The notes under the pieces: generated by a model
What the model was told of the DNA's origin: nothing
Database searches by the model: none
The model's input: only the letters and a program-made list of their open reading frames with translations
In this document: piece after piece, positions 24,375 through 38,130 of the stretch
Position numbering within the stretch: position 1 is the stretch's first letter
Layout of the letters: each line of letters starts with the position of its first letter
Translations under genes and position numbers: made by a program
NCBI GenBank assembly: GCA_951406725.2
Contig: OX597826.1
Location: forward strand, 48,732,001 to 48,796,000
From: Octopus vulgaris
Taxonomy: Eukaryota
DNA length: 64,000 nucleotides
Reading direction: 5' to 3'

Positions 24375-26210
24375 TTTTGAAGTGATGTACAGGTATTGTA
24401 TATTGAGAATATCAAGGTAGTCAGAATGTTGGATGATTATATATATTTATATTAACATTTTGAGCGCTTTCTTCCGTTATTGGATTTATCAAAAAAGTAG
24501 TTTATAGTAAGTTTGCTTCACCTTTTTACATAAAATTGAAACTGATGATGTTTTAGAAAGAAAGAGAGGGGGTGGGGAGGGAAGAACAAATTAGAAAGGG
24601 AGGTGCATGGGGTGAGATAGGAGGAGAGAGTGAGAGATAGTGAAGATAGTGAAAAAAAAATATAGTAGAAAGAGTTTTAGGGGTTTGGGGAGGAAGGGAA
24701 AAGAAAGAGGAAAAATGTTTTCGAGGGAGGGAGAGGTAAAGGAGACATGGCTTTTGTATCAGTGTGGTCAAACTTACTTAATTAGGATTCAGTACGTTGT
24801 TTTTTACTCTTTGTAGTGACCTTTTGGGTGGGGTTGGAAAGGAATTCTTTGTATTCAAGGTTTTTAATTGGAAAATCAGATGTTGTTTTTGATTTTTTTC
24901 CAGTAAGAATTGTAATTACATTTCAAGGTCTTGCCTTTTTTTAAAATTCTTTTGTATTCATTAATGTAAGGTAGGGAAAGAATGGTTGTATGGCTGTAGT
25001 CCTGTTTTTGATTTAGCTGTGTATGGCTATGTTTTTGAAAGAGTGATTTTAAAGTAAGTATAGGTACGATTTTAAATACTATCTGAAATAAGTTTAAGTG
25101 TGGGATAGTGACTCTCAGTTATAAACATGATACTTTCTTTTCTCTTTTACTTGTTTCAGTCATTTGACTGCGGCCATGCTGGAGCACCGCCTTTAATCAA
25201 GCAACTCGACCCCGGGACTTATTCTTTTGTAAGCCCAGTACTTATTCTATCGGTCTCTTTTGCCAAACTGCTAAGTAACGGGGACATAAACACACCAGCA
25301 TCAGCTGTCAAGCAATGCTAGGGGAACAAACACAGACACACAAGCACACACACACATATATATATTTATACATATATACAACGGGCTTCTTTCAGTTTCC
25401 GTCTACCAAATCCACTCACAAGGCTTTGGTTGGCCCGAGGCTATAGTAGAAGACACTTGCCCAAGGTGCCACGCAGTGGGACTGAACCCGGAACCATGTG
25501 GTTGGTTAGCAAGCTACTTACCACACAGCCACTCCTGTGCCTTTGGTGAGAACCTCTTTATGAAATATAGTTCCATTGTCTTTCGGAAGTTTGGGTCATT
25601 CCTTGAGCATTTATAGAAAGGAAAGCTCTTGAATTTTCCTTCTCCACATATTTCCAGACATTTGCTCTGTGAAATTTCCCATAGTTTCTCTTGTCAGATT
25701 TGCTGTCTGTGGATTCTTGTGTGCTGGCAAATGGAATTATTGCTTTCACCAATATAATTTTCCTTGAATTTGGGGCAAGTAATGCGATAAATGAGATTTT
25801 GTGTCTTGCAGTTCATATTTGCATTTATGTCGAACAAGAATCCACTCTTAAATTTTATGTGGCTGTCCCTATCTATATATTTGAAGTTATTGCTGTTGTT
25901 GCTTGCATATTCCACCTCTGCTATCTCCACATTCTTTTATGGAGAATTCTGTTTCATTCTCTGATGTGAATTTTGCCCTTGTGTGTTATCTTTTTAGGAT
26001 TTTTTTTGTGTGTTTGCTATTTCATCGATAGCTTTTATCTATCAGGTTTCTCATTTTGGAGCTCTATAAGAGTAATGATAGATTTAATTGTATAACGTGG
26101 AAAATATTGGGTATTCCAGGGTTGTGTGTATTAATAAATGGAATAGTATGTTCCTTGTTATTTTCTTTTGGAGCCTTTAGTTGTGTGATGTCTAATTTCA
26201 TCGCACAAAC
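24375..26210 (-). mobile_element. Penelope-like element 3' part (linker, GIY-YIG endonuclease, 3'UTR/pLTR), interrupted by SINE A
   Basis: - strand translation: HTIPFINTHNPGIPNIF (linker), then NCKTQNLIYRITCPKFKENYIGESNNSICQHTRIHRQQI*...CGEGKFKSFPFYKC...RKTMELYFIKRFSP. A hammerhead-like motif lies at 24458-24495. The 3' extent is inferred. Confidence 0.85.
25136..25541 (-). mobile_element. SINE family A inserted at the end of the Penelope ORF
   Basis: Full A copy; the ORF remnant stops at its boundary. Confidence 0.9.
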
Positions 26211-26211
26211 T

Positions 26212-26270
<59 letters not shown>

Positions 26271-26276
<6 letters not shown>

Positions 26277-27228
26277 CTGTATTTCGGAATGGTCATTTTG
26301 CCAGTTTAGTCAATAAAAACACACGCACTATATATTTGGTGTTATTTTGCTTCAGTGTTATTTATTTTTTAATCTTAATCTTATTTCGGCCAGAGTTCTT
26401 TCGTCACACTCCTCTGACCACATCAGGGGTCCTTTGCTTTCTTCTTTCTTATTTGTGTCTCTCCTTACTAACCGTCAGCCATTTTGTATTTCTATTGTAT
26501 GTGTCTTCATTTGCGCATGCGTATATCTCTTTGTGCGTCTATGTTTAGTTAGTGTGTATGTGTGTGTGAGGGAATGCCTGTAATATTTGTATCTTCTGTT
26601 TATATCTATATATTTATATACACATAAAATCCTTAAATCCTTAAAAATGTTTTAACCTGAAGGCTGCGGCCATGCTGGGGCACCACTGCTGAATGAGCTA
26701 CACTAATATGTGAATCCACCTCTGATACGTGGCACTTGATCAACAAGGGAGTTCGATGCTGCTGCCCGCATCTGCGTCTCCTGTCGTGAGGTAGGTTCAT
26801 CTGGGACTCCTGACAAGAAGAGATCCAGTTTAGTTTTAAAGAAACCCACATCCACACCATGCAAGTCTCTCAAGCATCTAGGGAGGATGTTAAAGAGCTG
26901 TGGTCCTCTGAAACCCAAGCTGTTGCAGTATCTGGTCCTGTATTTTGATGGTGATGTTGGAATCTTTGGCACCATATACAGGTTGATGAAATTTAATTTA
27001 ACAATAAGAAAATTTAAATGATAATAATTACTTACATGTCTACATTAATGCAAAATGCAAAACATCTTTCAAAAGAATGCAGAATTTAAGTTATGCTCGT
27101 ATCATTTTTTCTATAGTATCATATTGTATATTCTATATACTTTGAAGAATGATATATATCGAGTAGATTTTTTTACAAGTACTACCGGATTATATGAATC
27201 CATATATTGTGAATTAAGTTTATGTATG

Positions 27229-27260
<32 letters not shown>

Positions 27261-27453
27261 CGTTTATATATTTGTTGTGCAAGATTTTTTATGTGAAGTC
27301 GTGTGTTGAAACAGATATTGTTATATTTCGGAATGGTCATTTTGCCAGTTTAGCCAATAAAATATATAACACTGAAGCAAAATAACACCAAATATATAGT
27401 GCGTGTGTTTTTATTGGCTAAACTGGCAAAATGACCATTCCGAAATATAACAA

Positions 27454-27456
<3 letters not shown>
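26271..27456. repeat. ~90-bp inverted repeats (26271-26365 / 27365-27456) plus an internal perfect 48-bp-arm hairpin (27315-27362 / 27409-27456)
   Basis: atattg.t.tatttcggaatggtcattttgccagtttag.caataaaa occurs twice direct and once inverted. Confidence 0.85.
26645..26975 (-). mobile_element. CR1-type LINE 3' fragment, second subfamily
   Basis: RTRYCNSLGFRGPQLFNILPRCLRDLHGVDVGFFKTKLDLFLSGVPDEP; same gtgccccagcatggcc tail but a different ORF end. Confidence 0.88.
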
Positions 27457-27490
<34 letters not shown>

Positions 27491-27642
27491 AATCATTATT
27501 ATTTCAATGTCTAATTCCCCATGCTTCCATTGGTTGGATGAAGATTATTAAGGCAGATTTTTGATGGCCAGATGCCTTTCTTGTCATCAACCCTCACTTG
27601 TTTATATACACACACACATATACATACATATATGCATATGTG

Positions 27643-27699
<57 letters not shown>

Positions 27700-27778
27700 T
27701 ATACATATATATGTATGTATATATATATGTATGTATATATACATACATATATATATAATATATATGTATATATATATG

Positions 27779-27822
<44 letters not shown>

Positions 27823-28189
27823 CGTGTGTGTGTGTGCGTGTGCACATATGATGCATGCTTGCATATATGTATATATTCTTATATGATGCTCTGAGTGTTT
27901 TGTAAGCAATAAGTGTAGGTAAAAGGGTAATTGTCACCCCTCCCCTGACCACAAATGCGGTCAAGTGAGGTAAAGATCCACTCATATGCACACATAGAAA
28001 TACATACACTCCTTCATACATATACAAAGAACACATACACGACCACACACACACACACATACAAATGCGCATTTCATACACTGACATACACACACTTATG
28101 GATAGTTGCATGTTAGTTTATACATGAGAGAGTATAATTAGAAGATATGCTATAAGATAAAAGTGAAAGTAGAACATGCGAAGATGGGG

Positions 28190-28890
28190 AAAGAGTGGAT
28201 GGATGGAGGGAGGGAGGGAGAGATGGGTGGATGGAGGTATGGGGGGTGGAGGGGTTGAGGTGTGGAAGGATGAATGGAGGGAGGTGTGGAGGGATGAACA
28301 GATGGAGGTTTGGATGGGTGGATGGATGAATCGATGGATGGAGGAGTGGATGCATGAATGGATAGAGGTGCGGATGGATGGATGGATGGATGGATGGATG
28401 GATGGAGGTGTGGGAGGATAACGGATAAAGGTGTGGATGGGTGGATGGATGGAAGTGTGGGGGGATGAACATGTGGAGGTATGGATGGGTGGATGGATGG
28501 ATGGATGGAGGAATGACAGGAACGGATGGAGGTGTGGCTGGGTGGATGGATAGATAGATGGATGGATGGATGGAGGTGTGGAGGGATGAATGGGTGGAGG
28601 TGTGGATTGGTGAAAGGGTGGATAGATGGAGGTGTGGAGTGATGAATGGGTGGAGGTGTGGATTAATGTAGGTAAGGATGGGTGGATGGATGGATGGATG
28701 AGTAGGTGGTATGATGGAGGTAAGAATGGGTGGATGAATGAATGGCTGAATGGATAGCTGGATGGATGGATGGATGGATTGATGGAGATATGTATGGGTG
28801 AATGGAAGGATGGATGAACTGATGGGGGTAAGGGTGGATGGATAGATGGATGGATGGATGGATGAATGGATAGAATGGATGGATGGAAGG
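28190..28890. repeat. Degenerate (GGAT)n satellite
   Basis: Direct reading. Confidence 0.9.
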
Positions 28891-29514
28891 GGAAATATTA
28901 AAAGAAAACAAAATCTCCCACTGTCATTCCTTTCATCCTATTTCTGAAGAATATCGGCAGGAAGATTCAGAGAAACGGTGATGTCATAACCACATGTGGT
29001 AAAATCCTGGGCCAAAGAGTTCGAAATGAAAACATAATGCTATTTTTCTTCATACTTCTTTGGAAACACACACAGACACACACACACATATGTATATATA
29101 TATATATAAATGTTGCACATATATTTCAGTGTTAGATTACATGTGTAGGTGGAGTTTATATATATATATATATACATATATATGTATATATATATACACA
29201 CACACACACACATGTATACATACATAAATACACACACGTGTGTGTGTGTGAAAATATACTTAGGTCTGTGCACTCACACACACACTCGCATAGAAATTGT
29301 ACTGAGAAATATTTCACAGTTGTACAAAAAAATAGTATTTTTATTCAAAATGATAAGTGTAAGAGATCAAAGAAAATTGAAAGAATCTGATTTTTGGTGA
29401 TGATATGTTTATTGATATTATAAGAACAACTGGTACAAAGGAACATAAACAAATAAAACCAAATTAGACAGATAGACAGATAGACAGACAGACAGGTAGA
29501 TAGATATAGATGTG

Positions 29515-29545
<31 letters not shown>

Positions 29546-29934
29546 TAGATAGTAGATAGATAGATAGACAGATATGCAGATAGCTAGATGGATAGATAAA
29601 TAGATGGATAGATAGATAGAAAGATAGATATGTAGATAGACAGACAGACAGACAGATAGATAGATAGATTGATAGTTAGATAGATATTCATGTGAATGTG
29701 TGTATATATATGCACATGTCTATATATGAATGTTTGTATGAATGCATGTGTATATACATATATGTGTGTGTATGCGCGTATGTATGTGTGTGTGTGCATG
29801 TCTATTTATATACATATATACATTTAATATATATAGATATATAAACATATATACATATGTGCAAGGACATGTGTGTGTGCGTATGTGTGTGCGCGTATGT
29901 GTATGTGTGTGCACAGGGTGTGTATGTATATATA

Positions 29935-30160
29935 TTTCTTTACTACCCACAAGGGGCTAAACATAGAGGGGACAAACAAGGACAGACAAAGGGATTAAGT
30001 TGATTATATCGACCCCAGTGCTTAACTGGTACTTTATTTATCAACCCCGAAAGGATGAACAGCAAAGTCAACCTCGACGGAATTTGAACTCGGAATGTAA
30101 TGACAGACGAAATATGGCTGCGCATTTCGCCCGGCATGCTAACGTTTCTGCCAGCTCACC
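29935..30160 (-). mobile_element. SINE family B
   Basis: Colinear with 21397-21623. Confidence 0.88.
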
Positions 30161-31024
30161 CCAGGGTGTGTATGTATATAATCTTCCTGAAGCACTTCCC
30201 CTCACCTGGATATCTGTATCTAAATATAAGGTACACTCACCACTCATTCCAATATTTCTTTCCAAATTCCCCCACCATCTGTCTCTGCCCTCCCTGCTGT
30301 CCAATGTTCCATATACCCTACACTGAGATACCCATCCCATATCACTACCTCACCTGCCCTCACCCTTCACCCTATGCTCTTCATTTCCCTCTATGCCCAC
30401 CCCTCCTCAACAACAATCCACCACCCAACCAACCACTCCTTCCCCCACCTCTTTCTTTCCCTTTCTTTCTTGTGTTTTTATTGTATGTATATTCAAATCT
30501 GTTCTTCTTGAAATTGGTTATCATGCAATGCATAACACACACACACACACACACACGTGCATGCATGCATACACACATGCACACACACACATGCACACGC
30601 ACATACACACACACAGGAATTTGACTTATCCAAACAGCCTTACTTGCACTCACTAGCTAAACATAATGGTTTCAAATTTTGGCACAAGGCCAGCAATTTT
30701 GAGAGGAGGAAGTAAGTTGATTAATACTTGGCTGGTACTCAGTTTATCAGTCCCAAAAGAAATGAAAGACAAAGGCAACCTCGGTGGAATTTGAACTCAG
30801 AATATATAGAACAGCATGGCCGATGCAAGCATGAAAAAGTAGACATTAGCACGATAGAGATGGTGATGATGTATATCTTGTGGTTGAGTGGTAAGAATCT
30901 TGCCTCCCAACCATGTCATTCTGGGTTCAGTCCCACTGTTTGGCACCTTGGGCAAGTGTCTTCTTCTATAGCTTCAGGCTGACCCAAAGCCTTGTGAGTG
31001 GACATTGACCAATGGACAGGCAAA

Positions 31025-31545
31025 TGAGAATGATGATGGTAACAACAACGACGATGATAATAATGATGACAATGATGACGACGATGATGATGATGATGCC
31101 AATGGTGATGATGATGATGATGATGATGATGATAACAATGTTGAAGATGATGACGATGATGATGACAATGGTGATGATGATGATGACGATGATGATGATG
31201 ATGATGATATGATGATGCTGATTAGGAGGATGATGATGATGATATGATGATGACAATAGTGATGATGACGATGACGATAACGATGTTGAAGATGATGACA
31301 ATGATGATGACAATAGTGATGATGACGATGACGATGACGATGATGGGGATATGATTGATGATGATGATGACGATGATGATGACAATGCATTGATGATTAC
31401 ACCGATGACATTGGCAATGAAAACGATGACCATGATAACGACAATGGCATTGACAGCGATAATGATGATGATGATGATGCTAGTGATGATGCTAACGACG
31501 ATGATGATGATGACGATCATCATCATCATCATCATCATCATCATA
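31025..31545. repeat. (GAT/GAC)n tract switching to (CAT)n
   Basis: Direct reading; (CAA/CAG)n follows at ~31625-31668. Confidence 0.9.
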
Positions 31546-31813
31546 CTATATATTGACATACACATTTTTACACATGCTTATACTACAACCAAACAACCAA
31601 CTATAGAACAGAAACTAACACTCCAACAACAACAGCAACAGCAACAACAACAGCAACAACAACAACAACGAGACTGCTATCGATATAAATAATAATAGAA
31701 ACCATGTCATCTATAAATATTTTGTTTGACCCTGTTTCCCTTCATTTGGCTTATGTCTTCGTTCCTTTCCTTCTCTCATCTCATCCTTTTTTATTCCAAT
31801 TTTTGTTCCTTTT

Positions 31814-31861
<48 letters not shown>

Positions 31862-32224
31862 TGTATGTATGTATGTATGTATGTATGTATGTGTATATGT
31901 TTGTATGTATGCATGTATGTAGGATTCGTCTTCTTTTTCTTCTGCTTTTCATGCTGTCTTAGCAAGCACCAAAAGAAGTGGTGCTTTCTCTCTGGGTAAA
32001 ACAGTTTCAACAATATTTGTTTTAAAACTTTCCGCTGAATGGGAAAATATCTGCAAATGATATTTCAAGGTAACCAGCTGGATTTTGTGGCCTGTCTCAC
32101 CTTAACCTACATTACCCATCTTCCCCCTCTTTCTCTATCACTTGCCTTCTCATCATCATCATCACCATCATCATTATTATTATTGTTGTTGCTGTTGTTG
32201 TTATTATTATTATTATTTCTATAG

Positions 32225-32500
32225 AAGGCAGCGAGCTGGCAGAATCGTTAGCATGCCAGGCAAAATGTTTAACATCATTTCATCCATCTTTACATTCTGA
32301 GTTCAAATTCCGCCGGGGTTGACTTTGCCTTTCATCCTTTCGGGGTCGATAAATTAAGTAGCAGTTGCGTACTGGGGTCAATCTAATCAACAAGCCTCCT
32401 CCTCCAAATTTCAGGCCTTGTGCCTTTAGTAGAAAGGATTATTATTATTCCTTATTATTATTAGTAGAAAGGATTATTATTATTATTATTATTAATACTG

Positions 32501-32567
<67 letters not shown>

Positions 32568-32700
32568 TCCTTTTTTTTACTATAGGCACAAGGCCTGAAA
32601 TTTGAGGGGAGGGGCTAATCATTTACCTCAACCTAGTACTTAACTGTTACTTATTATTTCATCGATCCCCCAAAAAATGAAAAGCAAAGTCAACCCCAGC
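32225..32700. mobile_element. Tail-to-tail pair of SINE B copies (+ 32225-32440; - 32570-32700) around (ATT)n/(AAT)n
   Basis: Homology to other B copies in opposite orientations. Confidence 0.8.
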
Positions 32701-32739
32701 TATTACATGCTAACTGAATTAGCAGATGTGTTATTTTGA

Positions 32740-33217
32740 GGTTCGATGTCAAGATGTCTCTTAGAATCTCAAGAATCTTCTCTAGGATAATTGCAGAGTA
32801 TCGGATGGAACTTTCCAGCAGATCTCAATTCCAATGTCTTACAGTTTTAGTCTTCAATTTCATAAGGATCCTGTTATTATATTGAATTACAAAGTCTATG
32901 ATCTCACACTGTTCAATTATTTTGTCCCTTATAATCATATCTAGTCTTCTTGCTTAAATAGTATAATCTCTTTTACTTGTTTTAGTCATTTAACAGTGGC
33001 CATGCAGGAGCACTGCCTTTAGTCAAGCAAATCAGCCCCTGGACTTATTCTTTGTAAGCCTAGTACATATTCTTATGGTCTCTTTTGCCGAACCACTAAA
33101 TTACAGGGACATGAACACACCAGCATTCGTTGTCAAGCGATGTGGGGACAAACACAGACACACAAACATATACACACACGGACATATATATATATATATA
33201 TAAAAGCCCGTTTTATG

Positions 33218-33263
<46 letters not shown>

Positions 33264-33870
33264 CATACATACATAAAACGGGCTTCTTTCAGTTTCCGTC
33301 TACCAAATCCACTCACAAGGCTTTGGTTAGCCCGAGGCTATAGTAGAAGACACTTGCCCAAGGTACCATGCAGTGGGACTGAACCCAGAAACATGTGGTT
33401 GGTAAGCAAGCTACTTACCACACAGCCACTCCTACGCCTATATAGTCAGTCTTTTTGATGAAGACCCATAAGATCCTGCAGTTCCTATTTTCAATCACAG
33501 CCTCTTACTCGTGTTCATATCACTTTCCTGTTATCTCAAAGTCACACACTTGGCTAACATCCCAATGCAAACTTATACTTACACAGTCATGCCAAGACTT
33601 ACACTCTTTTTGTGTTAGTTTACCGCATTCACTTAAGAGATGGCTGACACTTTTGTCTCCTTTCCAACAGATTCTGCGTTTGCTCTCTGACTGAATCTTT
33701 TCAATCCTTGCCTTTACCAGATTGATCCTAATGACATGTACCTGAGTGGCTATAATTAGCCTTTCTGTCTCTCATTCCAGGCTTCAATCTGTCAGCTATG
33801 GCCAATATTCTTTACTTCAAACATCCTCAGTTTGTTGCAGGATTTGGCCATGTAATTTCATTCCTTTCCA
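32740..33870 (-). pseudogene. R4/Dong-type non-LTR retrotransposon relic (zinc knuckle plus restriction-like endonuclease), split by SINE A
   Basis: - strand: WKGMKLHGQ...ETERLIIATQ...KRRICWKGDKSVSHLLSECGKLTQKECKSWHD...LHWD...YEHE*EAVIEN...ILWVFIKKTD | SINE | YTI*ARRLDMIIRDK...CEIID. This matches the CCHC, RHD and PD..D motifs of RLE elements; many stops. Confidence 0.82.
32966..33440 (-). mobile_element. SINE family A nested in the Dong-like ORF
   Basis: Full A copy; the host ORF continues on both sides. Confidence 0.9.
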
Positions 33871-34319
33871 CCAAATTCCTCTATTGTCCTACCTTCTTTT
33901 TTTGAAAATTTTTCTACCATTTCAGTAACTTTTTGAGCATTCCTAGCATTATTATTATCACTGTTGTTGTTGTTGTTGGTATTCTGTGAATTGGTGAGTA
34001 AGTTAGAAGCTTCCAGCAAGCCAAGACTCTGAATCACTTGCAATTGTTACTTGAGGCTAGCTTGCATCACTTACACAGATAATGCCCTTGGGAAAGGCAT
34101 GAACATTACAGAATTCCATTTTATCTTTCTCTTGAAATTTAGATCCTTTGTTCCACATTGATCATCATCATCATAATTCCCATTGTTATTGTTAACAAGA
34201 GCAACAATAATGATTTCTTTCATTTGCCATAGGGGCATAACCGAGGGGTACATCACAAGGACAGTCTACAATGTATGAAGGGGGTTTACATAAAAGATGA
34301 GGGAAAAGAAAAGTAAAAG

Positions 34320-34946
<627 letters not shown>

Positions 34947-35924
34947 GAGTAGTTTTTCATCCCAGTCATCCAGCAGAATTATTGAAGCCAAAATTTTAAT
35001 TAATATCTTTTTTTGCCTTTTTCAATTGGAATCCAATTTCATTAACTGAAAATATTATTTTAATGTAGTGAAACACAAAGTGGAGTGCCATAGCATCTAC
35101 CCTTCCACCTAGTTCTTTACTTTTTTTCATTTTTTTTTGTCTTTGATTTTTTTTCCCCCATTTTGTCTCCCTCCCTTTCTCTCTCATATCACTTTACTCA
35201 CCATCACTACCACAACCACTGCAACCCCCACCCAAATTTATAGTGCTGACCATTAATCAATGTTGCTAGGTTTAAAAATAAAAACCTTCACCAAATGCTT
35301 CTACAAGATTAATTTGCCAAATTCAAAGATCACATCCTCCATCTAGCCATCCACCCTGAACTACCCCCATCTACCCCTAAATGCCATCCACCCTTAACCA
35401 CCATAAAATCTCAACATTATCCACCACTGCTACAATCCCTCCACCATCTATCCTGAACTACCATCTACCCTCTATTACAATCCACCCTTATTCACTGGTT
35501 ACCCTCAGCTACCACCACCACTGCTACTATCCATACCCCATCCAATCTCTTGAACTCCTGTCACCACATCTCACCAGCCACTACCTTCAACTGTCAGCCA
35601 TCCAACCAGCCAGCTATCCTTCCTTCCATCCAGTCATCCACCCATCAAGCCATCCTTCCATCCATTCATCCACCCATACTGCTATCCATTAATCCTTTCA
35701 TTCATCCATCCATATTTCTATCTTTTCATCCATCCATCTATCCATCCACCCATCCACCCATCCGCCCATTCCCCCAATCCTCTTTTGTTTCCAAGCAAGA
35801 TAATGTTTCCCCATGACCGGACATGTTTTTACGGAAGACTGGAAACTACTTGTATGACTGTGACACTTGTTTACAACAATCACATAATGTCAAGTTGACA
35901 TTGCACACACACGTGCATGTACAT

Positions 35925-36290
35925 ACGGCCATGCTGGAGCACTGCCTTTAGTCGAGCAAATCGACCCCAGGACTTATTCTTTGTAAGCCTAGTACTTATT
36001 CTATCCGTCTCTTTTGCCAAACCGCTAAGTTACGGTGATGTAAACACACCAGCATCAGCTGTCAAGTAATGTTGGGGGGACAGACACAGACACACAAACA
36101 TGTACATACACACATATATATATATACATATATACGACAGAATTCTTTCAGTTTCTGTCTACCAAATCAACTCACAAGGCTTTGGTCAACCCGAGGCTAT
36201 AGTAGAAGACATTTGCCCAAGGTACCATGCAGTAGGACTGAACCATGTGGTTCGTAAACAAGCTACTTACCACACAGCCACTCCTACGCC
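35925..36290 (-). mobile_element. SINE family A, tail-truncated
   Basis: Colinear with other A copies. Confidence 0.85.
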
Positions 36291-36300
36291 TATATGTATA

Positions 36301-36588
36301 CATAGTTGATAAAGGAAACAGAAGATTGATTTAATATGAATCTTTATTCAGCACTGCAACCGGTTCACCTGCATCTGTGTCATTTCAGGTACTTCTTACA
36401 GGTGCTTCCTACAGGTGCTTCCTACACTAAGCATCTGAAGTGACACAGCCTGCACTGATTCATGCAATGCAGCCAGAAGCACAATATTCTACCCGTATCA
36501 GACAGATGGAGGACAGAGGGTCGAAATGATCACCATGCTGAATAAAGATTCGTATTAAATCCATCTTCCACTTCCTTTATCAATTATG
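36301..36588. repeat. ~53-bp imperfect inverted repeat enclosing a 13-bp tandem triplet; possible Penelope pLTR remnant
   Basis: catagttgataaaggaa...ctttattcagca versus tgctgaataaag...ttcctttatcaattatg; aggt.cttc.tac x3 at ~36387-36425. Confidence 0.7.
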
Positions 36589-36814
36589 AACTCAACAAAC
36601 ACTGCAGATTTCCTGACGTAGATCCAGTGAAAATTATATCGTTACTGTGGATGACATCAGGTAGCCCGAATAGTGAATGTGCTTTAATTGATATACTAAG
36701 AGACATATACCCAAAGTCCAAGTAATTACATATGCTTATTCATATATACACACAAACACACACAACTACACGCACACATGCACACACACAAACACGCACA
36801 CACACATACATGTA

Positions 36815-37331
36815 CCTTAAATCCTCGAGTATAGTCCGCCCTTGAAAATAATACGTAGGGGATTTTTAGGGGCAGTACTTCTGAAAAACCTAAACCTTGT
36901 GTATAATATGCAGCCCTTCTCTAACTTGAGTCAAGGAGGTCTATATAATGTCCTTGGTTTGTAAAAGTGTATACAGTAACGTCCTTTATTATTATTGTAT
37001 ATATGACATAATACAAACGTGTAGCATTTTTGTGCATTTTGTTTACAGAAAATAAAGAAATAGCAGTAACAACAGTAATAACGTTTAATAAATGTTGCTT
37101 ACTGCAAGTTATCGATGATTCTTTTATGACTTCATTGCTTTCAGGCTTAGCTTAAGGTATTTTCGCGCCCGACATCACAAAATGCATCTGAATAAACATT
37201 GCCGGACAGCAAATAGAGACTCAGACATTGCTTAGGAAATAGTTTTCATTTTTAACCTTGTATATAGTACGCATTAGGGATTTTGACCTTTAAATGGGAA
37301 AAAAATGCGGATTATACTCGAGGATTTACGG
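36815..37331. mobile_element. pogo/Tigger-type MITE with TA TSD
   Basis: TA|ccttaaatcctcgagtatagtccgc ... gcggattatactcgaggatttacgg|TA; 25-bp TIRs with 2 mismatches. Confidence 0.9.
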
Positions 37332-37951
37332 TATCTTCTTTTTAGGTATGGTGAATCTCAAAGTAAATAAAGCTACTTTTTTATCTTTGGCTTGTTTCAG
37401 TCATTAGACTGTGGCCATGCTGGGGCACAGCCTTGTAGTATTTTTAGACAAATGGATCGAACCCAGTACTTATTCTTCTTTTTAAAGCGTGTCGCTTATT
37501 CTGTCAAGAGTGAATATTTGTGAAGATATTATTAACTCTATTATTATCTAGGGTAATATAATTAAATTGATAATAACAGAATTGATAATATAGACGATTG
37601 CAGGCTCCCAAAAATGTATTAAATAGTTGAAGGATTAAAATTTATATTAATCAAAAGACATACTGCTGGAAATAACAGTCAAAACTCTTATCTAAACCGC
37701 CGAAAAGAGTAACACTGATAATAACTACAAAAATCAACCATCCGTGAGCAAACAGATCAAGAAAATTCTTCAACATACCTATATAGCAACCAGCTAAATA
37801 TTTTCTAGTTTTTGGACTCACAGGGACCAGTTTCTGGACAGGCATTATAGCCTCTCCTTCCTCAGCATGTATTACCATGATGTAAAAAGTCTCCCAACCC
37901 ATCATGTTGAAGTCTGTGATGCACTGATTTGCTTTGCACCAAATCATAGCA

Positions 37952-38130
37952 GTCATCATCATCATTGTTTAACGTCCGCTTTCCATGCTAGCATGGGTTG
38001 GACGATTTGACTGAGGACTAACGAACCAGATGGCTGCACCAAGCTCCAATCTGATCTGGCAAGGTTTCAACAGCTGGATGCCCTGCCTAACTCCAACCAC
38101 TCCAAGAGTGAAGTGGGTGCTTTTACAGGC
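37952..38130 (-). mobile_element. Family C tail
   Basis: Homology to other C tails. Confidence 0.85.

Noticed and set aside
28946-28982. ctgaaga...gaaac as a hammerhead
   Set aside because: Stem II is poor, and there is no stem III palindrome or NUH triplet.
37651-37965. 104-aa complex-looking ORF as a host exon
   Set aside because: It starts in the (GAT)n tail of a repeat and has no recognisable motif or convincing splice context.
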